From Alphaproteobacteria bacterium (lineage in GTDB: Bacteria > Pseudomonadota > Alphaproteobacteria > Rhizobiales > Xanthobacteraceae), in NCBI GenBank assembly GCA_009781045.1, contig WQYW01000004.1, forward strand, positions 49 to 64,048: a stretch of 64,000 bases of DNA, read 5' to 3'. A model generated the notes under the pieces. It had not been told where the DNA came from. It ran no database searches and worked only from the letters and a program-made list of their open reading frames with translations. Within the stretch, counting starts at the first letter, position 1. Every line of letters starts with the position of its first letter. Positions 29,266-39,283 of this stretch are shown here, in pieces. Made by a program: the position numbers and the translations under genes.

Positions 29266-29492
29266 TGTGAGGGGGCAGCCGCCGCGTAATCGCGGCCGCT
29301 GCCCCCCGTGCGTCCAATTGTTACGCATGGCGTGCGGAATTCCCTCGTTGGCTCCTCACATTGCAAGCCGGGGCGTGCGCGGGTGTCGCCGGGGGCTGCC
29401 CTCACATGGGGCGTTCAATGCGCGGTGCGCCTGCCGGGCGCAATTCTGTCGCCCATCTTCCGGAATTTCAGGGAACAAGAGGTTGAAGGACC

Positions 29493-29945
29493 ATGACGAC
29501 CCAACAGAATGGAATTGCGCCGCTTTTCGAATTGCACTCCCAGGTCCGGTTCACGCACACCGATCCCGCCGCCTATGTCTTCTTTCCGCGCTATTTTGAG
29601 ATGCTCCAGGCGGTCATCGAGGAATGGTTCACCCAGGCACTGGACCAGAAATTTGCCGACCTCATCATCCACCATCGGCTGGGCACCCCCACCGCAACGA
29701 CGCAATGCACATTCATGAAACCGTCGCGACTGGGCGACGTTGTCACCATTGCTGCCAAGCTCGAACACATCGGCAATTCGTCATTCCGCCTGCGCTTCTT
29801 CGGCAGCTGTGACGGCGAAAAACGCCTTGAAGCCGTGTCCACGCTGGTCCTGATCAGCCTCAATGACGGCTCTCCGCAGCGCATTCCCGACGATCTGCGC
29901 AGAAAAATGCAGGCCTATCAGGCGGCAACATCCCCAAACGGGTGA
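29493..29945 (+). CDS. Acyl-CoA thioesterase (4HBT family), copy 2
   Basis: Same motif as copy 1; the two proteins are near-collinear and identical over long stretches. Confidence 0.93.
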   Translation: MTTQQNGIAPLFELHSQVRFTHTDPAAYVFFPRYFEMLQAVIEEWFTQALDQKFADLIIHHRLGTPTATTQCTFMKPSRLGDVVTIAAKLEHIGNSSFRLRFFGSCDGEKRLEAVSTLVLISLNDGSPQRIPDDLRRKMQAYQAATSPNG

Positions 29946-30051
29946 GGAGGCTGCATCCAGAAGTTGACCCACAGGAGTTGAAAGACATGGCCCCATCTGG
30001 CAGAAAGGGTGTGACCGTGCAGAGACACCTGACATTTCCGGGACACATGTT

Positions 30052-30495
30052 GTGAACGCGTTGATCAAACGGGGGAACCGTAAAACCTCGTGCCGCCAGC
30101 CGGTGGCCCTGATGGTTGCGGCCATGGTCCTTTTCGGCGCGCCCGGCGTCGCTCAGGCAATCGATTCGGGCATGCCCTCCCTGCTCGACGGCTACGCCAA
30201 ACCCAGCAACCCACCCGAGAAGGATCCGTCTTCCGTGGAGGATGCGGTTGCACGGTTGACTGCGAAACTTTCCGAAAAAGAGGTAAAGGTCCTTTGCGAG
30301 ATCAAAGAGGATGAACTGATCCGCTACCATATGACCCTGGGGGCCTACATCCGGAACAGTTTCGGTCTGTGGGGCAGGAACAAGGATTTGCTGCGCTCGG
30401 CATGCGGCGAGAAATACTGTCATCCGGACGATGCCTCGACGGTCATCATCCAGCATCTGTGGAAGAGCCTGCAGGAACACAGTTGCAACAAATGA
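30052..30495 (+). CDS. Exported protein, DUF6794-like
   Basis: Signal-like N-terminus (true start may be ~30111); YHMTLGAYIRNSFGLWG...HPDDASTVII motif. Confidence 0.65.
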   Translation: MNALIKRGNRKTSCRQPVALMVAAMVLFGAPGVAQAIDSGMPSLLDGYAKPSNPPEKDPSSVEDAVARLTAKLSEKEVKVLCEIKEDELIRYHMTLGAYIRNSFGLWGRNKDLLRSACGEKYCHPDDASTVIIQHLWKSLQEHSCNK

Positions 30496-30549
30496 GTGTT
30501 GCGCGTGCCAGTGGCAATCCGCGCGTGGTGATCGCGATGCTGTGAGCGA

Positions 30550-31850
30550 TCAGGATCTGGAACGGAAGCTGTCCGGGAGATGTTCTCTCAGAAATTCCAG
30601 CGCGGCCTTGCGGTCGAGGTCGTCCGCGCCGCCGGCACTGTCGGAGGTGAGCAGACAGGCGGCACACGCCTTTTCGCAGCCCGGCGTCTGGCAATCAAGG
30701 ATCTGCCCGGCTCGAAGGAGGACGGGCATGAACAGATGATCCAGGGATACTGCAAAGCCAGCACCGCCAGTGGCGCGATCGAATAGAAACAGCGACACAG
30801 GTGCCCCAGGCTCCATCTGGCGGACTGCAAATCCCATCTCATCACCGAGTTCCTGGGCCAGGGCCTCGCGCAATGCGACAACCAGTGCTTTTGCGGCCGC
30901 TCGCCGGATCGCAGGCTGGAGCTGGAGTTCGAAAACGTCGGTGGTGATTTCGCGACCGAGGGCCAGATTGCGCCTGATGCTGAAGGGGTGGTCGTTGCCC
31001 GGACAGATCTCGATGTGCTTGCGTTATCGCAGTGGCTTGTGATCGACAAGGATGGGCTGGGGGGCCGACCCGCTATTGTCACAATCTGCAATCTGCTTCC
31101 GCGCGGCCGCACTCGAGGCAGATGGCATAGCCGTGGCCGCCTGAACCGCCGCGATTGGAGTAATAGACCAGACCCTCGCGGGAACAGCGGTAACGGCCAA
31201 GTTCGGGCAGTGGCAAAATCTGCCAGCTGAGCTGGCGTGTCGAAACGACGGGATCCTCTGGCGGAATATAGGACAGGGTATTGGTGTCGGCATGGGCACG
31301 GACCCGAGGATCCACCGAAAAGCCGGCAGGGCGCAGGAACTCCTGGGAAGACAGGCCCTGTCCGCCGCAAATCGGGCAACACTCAAGTCGAGCGCCGCGT
31401 CTTGTGTCGCTGGCGCCGCACTGCCGGCAGGTCCAGAAGAAGCGCAGGCTCTGCACTTCGGCGACATTTTCTTCGTTCGCTGGGCGTTTCCAGTTCAGGG
31501 TCACCCCGGCCGACTTTTGGACGAGCCCGTCAAGGACAACCTCCGATCCCGGCGCATAGTCGCGGATCGCCAGATCGAGCGAACGCTGTGGGCCTGAGGT
31601 TCGGAACTGACGCGAGCCATCGGGCGCAACGTCCTGCGGCGACTTGAATTCCTGCCCCGGCAGGAAGGATACGACATCACATACGTTTGAGTTCCACCAT
31701 CATCCGCGACTTGCCCGCCTCGCGGACGCCTTCGTCCTTTGCAAGAGCGACCAGTCCCTGCCATTCCCCGACAAAGCCGGCTGAAAGTTCGGCGATGGCT
31801 TTTCGGGTCTCCTCGACCAAGACCGCTCTCGCCCTCCAGCACCGAGCGAC
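30550..31850 (-). pseudogene. C-terminal fragments of a large DEAD/DEAH helicase with DUF1998 (DruE-like)
   Basis: Frame-hopping pieces: KAIAELSAGF...ELKRM; DVVSFLPGQE...RSLDLAIRDYAPGSEVVLDG...GVTLNW; CRQCG...CPICG; YAICLECGRAE; LFDRATGGAGFA...CQTPGCEKACAACLL. Confidence 0.75.
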
Positions 31851-31959
31851 GGGTCAGTGTCGTGATGGCTTCGGTGGTGGCGCCAAGCGGGAGTTGACGA
31901 CCCTGGGACTGCAATATTGGCTACGTCCGCTGCGAACCGACGCCCATAGTCGCCGCTTT

Positions 31960-32280
31960 CTCCTCACCGTGGCGACCACGATGGAAATGGGCGTCGACAT
32001 TGGTTCGGTGTCTTCGGTGATGATGACCAACGTGCCGCCCTCGATTGCCAATTACCGCCAGCGCGCCGCCCGTCGCGGCCAGGCGGTCGCGCTGGCCTTC
32101 ACCTTCTGCGAAGACCGACCGCTCGACAGCGAGACATTCCGTGACCCTCAGGCCTATCTGCAACGCAGCCTTGCGGCACCGAGAGTGACGCTGAGCAGTC
32201 GGCCGATCGTGCAGCGTCACGTCAACGACCAGTGGAGAAATTCATCGCCTGGCTGGCGCGTGGCACAACAAGGAACGTGA
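31960..32280 (+). pseudogene. Helicase C-terminal (motifs V-VI) fragment of the same helicase family, on the opposite strand
   Basis: ATTMEMGVDIGSVSSVMMTNVPPSIANYRQR...RRGQ...FCEDRPLD...RPIVQRHVN; motif VI is partly deleted. Confidence 0.8.
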
Positions 32281-32711
32281 TCCGGGATGGCGCGGAACAG
32301 ATCGGGGGCTGGGATCGTCCCTGCGCAGCGAGGTCGATGCGGAATCGCGCCGGAACCACTCCGCACGATAGGCCACGAAGAGGGCACCGGAATGCGTGTC
32401 CGGCTGAGTGAGGCGATCCACGCCCATATTGCGAAGGATTGATCCTGCCTGATCATATTCGCCATCGGCCATTCGGTAGCGATAGAGCGCTTCCGTCTAT
32501 CGCGGCAATCACGGAGCCACGTTCGGACACTGCCGGATCACTTTCGCAAAACCTGTCGTCCAGACGCTGCTGGGAGGGGGAACTGTGGACAACCTTGGAA
32601 ATCTGCCCGCGATCCCCGCCAGAATTGCGAGAAACTTCCTTTTTAATCAACAACATACCGCTCAATTCCCAGTTCAGCCGTTTTGGGGCTGGCCTTTTTG
32701 GTGACAAATTC

Positions 32712-32777
32712 GCACCAATGTGGAACCTTTTTTGTTCGCACCAATTTGGTGCTTTTCTTTGCGCACCAATTTGGTAA
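32712..32777. promoter_or_regulatory. Three 15-bp operator-like palindromes upstream of the repressor
   Basis: GCACCAATGTGGAAC (32712), GCACCAATTTGGTGC (32738, perfect dyad), GCACCAATTTGGTAA (32763); starts spaced 26 and 25 bp. Confidence 0.75.
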
Positions 32778-32789
32778 CATCCCGAGATC

Positions 32790-33440
32790 GTGAAAAAATA
32801 CAAATATCCAAATGGCTTAGCTGCGGTGCTCGAGTCGGTGGACAGGAATCCAACCTGGCTTGCCAGGCAACTGGATACGTCGCGGCAGAATGTCGCCCGC
32901 TGGGCGCAAGGCGAGCGCAAGCTGACCGTCGAATGGGCGAAGAAAATTGCCCCAATCCTGAATACGACGCCGGACCGACTCCTCCTGGTGGCTGTGGGGG
33001 AAAATCTGCCGCTCCCGAAAGTGCTGGTTCCGGTTGCCAGCGGTCTCATCCACCGGACGGGTGACCTCAATTTCCCGATCTATTCGGCCGCGCAGGGTGG
33101 CGATGGCTTTGATGTTGTCAGCGCCGATGTGATGGAATGGATCAGGACCCCGGGAAAAGTTGCCGGCGTGCCTGGCGCCTACGGGATTCTGATCCGGGGG
33201 ACGTCCATGATCCCGAGGTTTGAGCCCGGCGAAATTGCGCTGGTACACCCACGACGGCCACCTGAGAATAATGCAGAGGTGGTTCTGTATCATGGCGAAG
33301 GCAACACCAGGGCATTGATCAGGCGGCTGGTCACTGTCGACGATATTCAATATCGCCTTGAACAGTTCAATCCGCCGAAGATTTTCAGCGTGGAAAGGAT
33401 TGCGTGGCCGACTTGCCATCTGGTTGTCGGAAGATTCTGA
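32790..33440 (+). CDS. Phage cI/LexA-like repressor (XRE HTH + S24 peptidase)
   Basis: LARQLDTSRQNVARWAQGER helix-turn-helix; AAQGG cleavage-site-like loop; IRGTSMIPRFEPGE S24 serine motif. Confidence 0.92.
   Translation: MKKYKYPNGLAAVLESVDRNPTWLARQLDTSRQNVARWAQGERKLTVEWAKKIAPILNTTPDRLLLVAVGENLPLPKVLVPVASGLIHRTGDLNFPIYSAAQGGDGFDVVSADVMEWIRTPGKVAGVPGAYGILIRGTSMIPRFEPGEIALVHPRRPPENNAEVVLYHGEGNTRALIRRLVTVDDIQYRLEQFNPPKIFSVERIAWPTCHLVVGRF
33225..33325 (+). repeat. ~100-bp segment of the repressor gene, repeated in inverted orientation at 34735..34838
   Basis: ccggcgaaattgcgctggtacacccacgacggccacctgagaataat...catggcgaaggcaac matches the reverse complement of 34735..34838 with small indels. Confidence 0.9.
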
Positions 33441-33665
33441 ATGCCTCAAAGACCTTCCGGCCTGCCGCCGGTCGCGCCAGGGGCCTCTGTCTATTGCCGG
33501 CATTTTCCCTCGGCGGTCTCCAAGGGAGAGGTGAGGGGATGGCCAGCCCACAGGGGCCCGATCTGTGGTGGTCGGGCACAGTCTGCCGTCTTCTGCGATA
33601 CTTGGCCCATTCTGAGACCGCTTCAGAATCAATCAGTTCTCTCGAAATTTCACTTACGGCACTTA

Positions 33666-33694
33666 TTGCATTTGCGTCACTTATGGGTTATCGT
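33666..33694 (+). promoter_or_regulatory. Putative sigma70 promoter for the excisionase-like/PIN pair
   Basis: TTGCAT-N17-TATCGT, overlapped by repeated CACTTA motifs. Confidence 0.4.
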
Positions 33695-33719
33695 GTCGGC
33701 AAAAGAGGGACTGCTCGAT

Positions 33720-34175
33720 ATGAACGTGCCCACCTATTGCCAACCGCAGGCTACCCCGATGGATGCGGCGCTAGCCGACATATCCCGTCGAGTGCTGTCC
33801 GATGTCGCCTGCGACAAGCATCCACTGGTATTATGTGTTCGAGACGCCGGGCAGGACAAGGTTGTCAAGCTTCCCGCCAGCGCCGTTTCGCTGCTTCTCG
33901 GAATTCTTGAAGCAATGGCCGCTGGTCGAGGAATAACTGTCGTAGCAGATGATGCTGAACTCACCACCGTGCAAGCGGCGGATGCGCTCAACGTCTCGCG
34001 CACATTCCTGATCAACCTTCTGGAGACAGGAATCATCGCACACCGCAAGGTAGGGACTCACCGGCGCATTCGTCTGCAAGACGTAATGGCCTACAAAGAG
34101 CGAATTGACCGTGAACGCGAAGCTACCCTTGATGTTCTCGTTCGCGAAGCCCAGGAGCAGAACATGGGATATTGA
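33720..34175 (+). CDS. Excisionase-family HTH DNA-binding protein (putative antitoxin)
   Basis: RBS AGAGGG; ELTTVQAADALNVSRTFLINLLE...HRKVGTHRRIRLQDV. Confidence 0.9.
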   Translation: MNVPTYCQPQATPMDAALADISRRVLSDVACDKHPLVLCVRDAGQDKVVKLPASAVSLLLGILEAMAAGRGITVVADDAELTTVQAADALNVSRTFLINLLETGIIAHRKVGTHRRIRLQDVMAYKERIDREREATLDVLVREAQEQNMGY

Positions 34176-34177
34176 GA

Positions 34178-34625
34178 ATGATCCGTTGCAAGGCTCTGCT
34201 TGATGCCAATGTCCTTTACCCAGCGCCGTTGCGCGACCTTCTCATGCAGCTCTCTGTGGCCGATTTGTTCGTGGCGAGGTGATTATCATCACCTAATTCC
34301 CTCTCTCTCACCTTGCCAGATCCAGATGACAGGCATGTTCTCGCAGCTGCCATCGTGGGGCGCTGCGATGTAATCGCAACGCAAAATCTCAAGCATTTTC
34401 CTGACGCTACCCTTGCGTTCTACGGTATCAAGGCGCAGCATCCTGACAACTTCCTGGTCGCCCTGTTTCAGGGCGCACCCACTGCATTTTGCCAGGCAAG
34501 TAGCCACAGTCCGCGCGCGTCTCGTCTCACCGCCATATGGTGTCGGAGACTACTTAAATGCTCTGTTGCGCCAAGGGCTTATGGGCACTGTCGCAGAATT
34601 GGCCCCGTTTTCAGATCTACTTTGA
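34178..34625 (+). pseudogene. PIN-domain (VapC-like) toxin, inactivated
   Basis: LLDANVLYPAPLRDLLM, then TGA (~34280), an internal deletion, LPDPDDRHVLAAAI...TQNLKHFP...HPDNFL, and a frameshift near 34498. Confidence 0.85.
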
Positions 34626-34734
34626 CCATTGGGAAATGCATCATCTGGGGATCGGCGGCGGTAGCCAACAGAGGTGAGGGCAGCCAGAAGCACAGAAGCC
34701 AGAAGAGGTGGATCAAGACGCCGGCCGTTGCCTG

Positions 34735-34875
34735 CCTGAATCAATGCCCTGTTGCCTTCGCCATGACACCGAACCACCTCTGCATTATTCATTATTCTCA
34801 GGTGGCCGTCGTGGGTGTACCAGCGCAATTTCGCCGGCTGGTACAATATATTGCCGGCATTTTCTCGGCGGTCTC
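34735..34875. repeat. Patchwork copy: inverted 33225..33325 plus direct copy of 33492..33520
   Basis: 34849..34875 tattgccggcattttctcggcggtctc versus 33492..33520 (2-bp difference), adjoining the inverted copy. Confidence 0.85.
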
Positions 34876-35003
34876 AGCCTTGGCGCGATCCAGGTCAGCG
34901 ACCGCGGAGAACGGACCAGAAAGGGAGGGCATCATAGCTGGGGTGAAGGAGGGGGGGCTGGCAGATTTTCTGAATTCTCGTCGGTCACCCGCGGCATATC
35001 GAC

Positions 35004-35381
35004 TCACTTCACACGATCGACATTCTGCCGCAGCCATTGGCTCAAATGCTCAAAATCGAACGTCCCGGCGGCATAGAGACCAAGGACAAAATCCTCCGTC
35101 TCGTTGACGTTTGCCGCCAACGGGGCGCCATTGATGACCAGGAAGGTATAGGTCACCGCAAACGCAGTCCGCTTATTGCCATCGATAAACGGATGGTTCT
35201 GCGACAGACTTTCCCACAGTGCGGCCGCCTCCTCAATCAGGTCGGCATAGTACCCGGTCTGTGGCCGAAAGAGGGCCGCTTCCAACAATCCGCGATCCCG
35301 GACGCCGGCCGAGCCGCCATAGCGCTCGATCTGGTCATCATGGATGGACAGCACCTCAATGACGGTGAGGTAGTCCATCAT
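35004..35381 (-). CDS. Fic/Doc (death-on-curing) family toxin
   Basis: GVRDRGLLEAAL.RP and HPFIDGNKRTA Fic motif; 4-nt overlap with the upstream gene. Confidence 0.95.
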   Translation of the reverse strand: MMDYLTVIEVLSIHDDQIERYGGSAGVRDRGLLEAALFRPQTGYYADLIEEAAALWESLSQNHPFIDGNKRTAFAVTYTFLVINGAPLAANVNETEDFVLGLYAAGTFDFEHLSQWLRQNVDRVK

Positions 35382-35608
35382 TCAGCCAGCTTCTTGTAGA
35401 GCGAGCCAAACGTCTCGTGGCTGGTCTGGTAGGCTGCCATAACATGCTGCCGCGGCCGACCTTGCTTCCGCTTTTCGATCAGGTCAGCCAAGGCTTCGTC
35501 GACCAGCGCTTGAAGCTGTCGGCCTTCGGATTGGGCCATATCCCGTACAGTGCGCAGGATCTTCGAATCGACCTGGGTGGCGAATTTCTCGCGGGCCTGG
35601 GCTGCCAT
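35378..35608 (-). CDS. Putative RHH-type antitoxin
   Basis: 76 aa, KFATQVD...LQALVDEALADLIE; immediately upstream of and coupled to the doc-like toxin. Confidence 0.85.
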   Translation of the reverse strand: MAAQAREKFATQVDSKILRTVRDMAQSEGRQLQALVDEALADLIEKRKQGRPRQHVMAAYQTSHETFGSLYKKLAE

Positions 35609-35632
35609 CGGGCGTCTCCTGTTTGCCAGCGC

Positions 35633-35662
35633 ATCATGTCATGATTTGTCATGAAACGTCAA
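35633..35662 (-). promoter_or_regulatory. TA promoter/operator
   Basis: TTGACG -35 on the minus strand (35657-35662); tandem TGTCATGA repeats (35637, 35647) each contain the TCATGA palindrome. Confidence 0.55.
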
Positions 35663-36191
35663 GTTTCCCCCGGCTGGCTCAGAAATAATTGCCATTTTTC
35701 TCTGCGGGGAGCCTCACAATGCGCGGGATCATCGATCCAGATCTCAGGATCTGTGGGCCAGGCCGAGCCCAACGCACTCGCGCGCACCCGCCATGGCGGT
35801 GGATCGTCGCCAGTAGGGCCGGTCGCCGAAGAACGCGTCCATATCCAGGACCCGTCCCATAACTGATTCGCATAAGGCATGTTATGGAACATATCTTGGG
35901 GCTGGTGGGCCGCCAGAAGCCAAAATGCCCCGCCTGCGTTTTGCCGACGCGCCGCCAAAGACGGGAGATCGGACAAAGGCATCGCCCTGTTGTTCCCAAG
36001 GCCCCCAGGAGCTGGCCCCAACAAGAGCCGGCCGTGTGCCCCAGCCGAGGAAGACACGGAGCGGATTGCTGGGTGGCCCCAACCCAGCCCCTGCGCATTG
36101 TGATGGATGATGGTTTTCACGTCACACCGGAGGCCGTCGCCCGTGCACCCTATCTGTCTGGCCCGCTGGTCATCCTGGCAACCTTGCCATT

Positions 36192-36231
36192 TGAGATTCT
36201 AGAGCGGCTGATGAGATTCTAGAGCGGCTGA
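36192..36231. repeat. Exact 20-bp tandem duplication
   Basis: tgagattctagagcggctga twice. Confidence 0.95.
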
Positions 36232-36743
36232 CGGAACGACAGATGGAGCGAGCTATCTGTTAGGTATCGGTTTCTCGTGTCACCATGATCTGTCATCACC
36301 CTCGAGTTCAGATCCTCAGATGCAGACAGAGGATCGCTGATCTTGGCATTCCGAGATTTAGGCTGTGGGTCGATGTCGGGAGAACGGGGATCGGGACCAA
36401 AGTGGTTGCTGCCACCCTCCTTGGGAACAGGTTTGACGAAGGCGGGCACAACGGCAAAGAGAAAAGGGAACAGAAGGAACGAGGATAGTATATACCCATC
36501 CACTGGTGTTCGCGTCGTGGACGCGGCGAAGATGACTGGTGTCAGCATTTCTGGCCCATGCCGGTATAGCATGTCACAGCCCCACTGCACGATTGGAGGG
36601 AACACGAAACAGGAGAGAAACATGTGAACCACGAGAAAAATTCCGTAGGCCATGCGACGCACCCGGCCTCGAAATTTGAAGACATTGCGGTATCCATCGA
36701 AGACATATCCGAACAGCGATGACACGATCAGCCTTGCTGGCAT
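36219..36743 (-). pseudogene. DUF805 (YhaH-like) membrane protein, probably internally deleted
   Basis: FKFRGRVRRMAYGIF and GSNHFGPDP motifs are present but the central RRLHD motif is absent. Confidence 0.5.
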
Positions 36744-37144
36744 AGGGATGACTTTCACACAGAACCCAGGAGTCTTGAACCTGAATCCGGGAGTTGGAAG
36801 GCAGAGTGTCGTCGGCAACCATTGTTGAAACCCACGATTTAAGCCGCCTCCCCCTTCACCGAACGGTTCCTTGGTTTGAAATATAGGTTGCCTGTGGCCA
36901 TGGCTTTGATCCATCTGAATCAGCCAACAACGTCGGCGCATGCCCTCATATCCGAAATGAAATTCATGGCATCCTCTGACTCGCCCGATGACTGAGAATG
37001 CTGTTGGAAAAGATCTAGACTCTGTTCCCATTGATGGTGGCCGTGTCGGTGTGTTTCTCGACAATGCGCACACCATGCCGACAAGGTGGCCGCATGGCTG
37101 GGCCAGCCTGGTCCACGGAAAAATTGTACTTCGTTCTCTCGTCT

Positions 37145-37330
37145 CGTCTCCACCTGAATCCGAGTGAGCGGTGAGCGGGCTATGGGGAGTGATGCACAAG
37201 AACCTCACTCAGAGCAGGTGCTATGGCACCTTCAGGGAACTCGCCGACCCGATATTGGGGTTCTTGCGCCATGAGGTCACTCCGTGTCATCAACCCGGAA
37301 AAATTTCGGGTGGTGACGGTGACACAGGAA
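37145..37330 (+). mobile_element. IS630-family transposase C-terminal remnant
   Basis: HLNP.ERLWGVMHKNLT...CY.TFRE...ILGFLRHEV and a terminal RVINPEKFRVV across frames. Confidence 0.7.
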
Positions 37331-37571
37331 ACGGATTGCTGCGATGCACAAAATTGCACATAGCACAGCTGTGCACGGTTCATGGCGCCCGACGAAATCA
37401 CTGACGCAGGAGATCTCCCGCCATTTTCGGGTTTTCATCTGAACGGAGATCGCCCAATTTTTTCAAAAATCGAATGACCGCAGTCAACGGGCTCATTGCC
37501 GCCGCAAAGTCGTGGCCGATGCATGAGTGTTGTCGCATGCCGCAGTCCAGCGGAATGCCCTCCCCCTTTGA

Positions 37572-38655
37572 ATGCGGGAGGTTCATGAAGCGCTGCTTGC
37601 CTATTTCCGCGCCTTGAGCCTTGATCCTGAATTCGGATCCGCGGTGAAGAACGCGCTTGCCGCCCTCGCCAACTGGTCGGTGGAGCTGTCCCAGGCGAAG
37701 AAGTGGGAGGACGCGCTGGAGGTGGTCACCACGGAATGGGGCAAGAGCGCATTCGGGCAGGCAGGCGTCACCGGAGTGGCGCAGGCGGCACGCGCGGTCG
37801 CGGCCAGGTTTCCAGGCATGCCGGACCTCAATGAAACGGCTGCCAACCAGGTCAATAACGCTGTCATCAAGCAGGTGGACAGCGGTGAGTTCGCAGCAGC
37901 GCTCCTCTTTCTGGATGAAGCCAGGCCGCTATTCAGGCAGGACAAGCTTCGATCGTTGCAGGAATACGCCTACGACCACTGGGCAAAGCGACGGATGGCT
38001 GCGAAGGATTGGAGCGGTGGGGGCGGATGTCTATGTGAAGGTTATTGCGGTCGTGGGCGCAAGCGATCTTCTGAAAGGCAATATCCGCTATCTCGCGCAG
38101 GAATGGGGCAAGAACGCATTCGAGGAGGCAGGCGTCACCGGAGTGGCGCAGGCGGCACGCGCGGTCGCGGAAAAATTTCCAGACATGCCGGAACTGAATG
38201 AGACCGCTGCCAATCAGGTCAATAACGCTGTCGTCAAGCAGGTGGAGAGCGGCGAGTTTGCGGCGTGCCTCCGTTTCCTGGATGATGCCAAGCCGCTATT
38301 CAAGCAGGACAAATTTCGGTCGCTGAAGGAATACGCCTACGATCACTGGGCGAAGCAGCGGATGGCTGCGAAGGATTGGAGCGCAGGGGCGGATGTTTAT
38401 GTGAAAGCGATCGCGGTCCTGGGCACCAGCAATCTGCTGAAAACCAAGTGGTGGCGGCTGTCGACCTGGCCGCGCAGCGTTTTGCGGTTGGGCCGGTGCC
38501 GATCCCGGTCGGCACCATGGCTTCCGGTGCGGTGAACGAAGCGGTGCGGACGGGGCAACACGAAGGCGCGCTTTCTCTGCTTGGGCGTGTCTCGTCTCAC
38601 CTTTCGAAGGACGAAACGCGTCCGCTCTTCGAACTCGTCTACAACCGATGGGTGG
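37572..38655 (+). pseudogene. TPR-like helical repeat protein remnant with a 122-aa internal duplication
   Basis: EWGK..F..AGVTGVAQAARAVA..FP.MP.LNETAANQVNNAV.KQV occurs at 37734 and 38101 (367 bp apart = 122 codons + 1 extra base near 38020); no credible N-terminus. Confidence 0.8.
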
Positions 38656-39283
38656 TGCCAAGACAAGCACCGATCTGTGCCAACAGCCCGGCTGGTCGCG
38701 AATGCGTGCCAGATTGCCTCAGGACAACATTCCAGGATGATCCTTGAAACGAAAGGAACGAAAATTCCTGTTCTTTGAAATTTTTGCATGATTGCTTCCC
38801 GCGGAAGGAAACAAATGAACCCTTTGATGCGCCAGGAGCAGCATGGAACACCGGGCCTGATCTGGCGTTTGTACTCGCCTGCGGGGTGATGTGGCATGGG
38901 AAGGCCGTCGTCTTCCTGACTGGGCCGGCACAGTTCTGGCGTCTTTGCGCAGTGCAGCATGAAAAGACAGTCGCCACCGCCAAGATATCGTTTCCAATTC
39001 CTGTGCTCTTGATGAATAAAACCGCTGGATGGCGCACGCTGTGGTGGCATTACACGCCAGCCCGGTTGGGCCAATTTCATGGCACAGGTCGACGAAGGGA
39101 TCCCATCTCCAACACCCACGTAAATGACAATCGCTGCTGCCGCTCACCCTGTTCCGCTGGCGCGATGCCAGGGCATAAAGCCCCCGCGTTGCCGGCGATC
39201 GCGCGACCGGGATACCGGCACCGACCGCTCCATGGATTTCAACACCTGTTTCAGATCTTCGAGCTTTCCAAGGGAGATTACCG

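Noticed and set aside
26905-29328. 807-aa minus-strand ORF
   Set aside because: Antisense shadow of the monooxygenase, typical of high-GC DNA.
35659-36190. Overlapping ORFs between the TA module and the DUF805 remnant
   Set aside because: No frame shows a recognisable family or clear coding bias.
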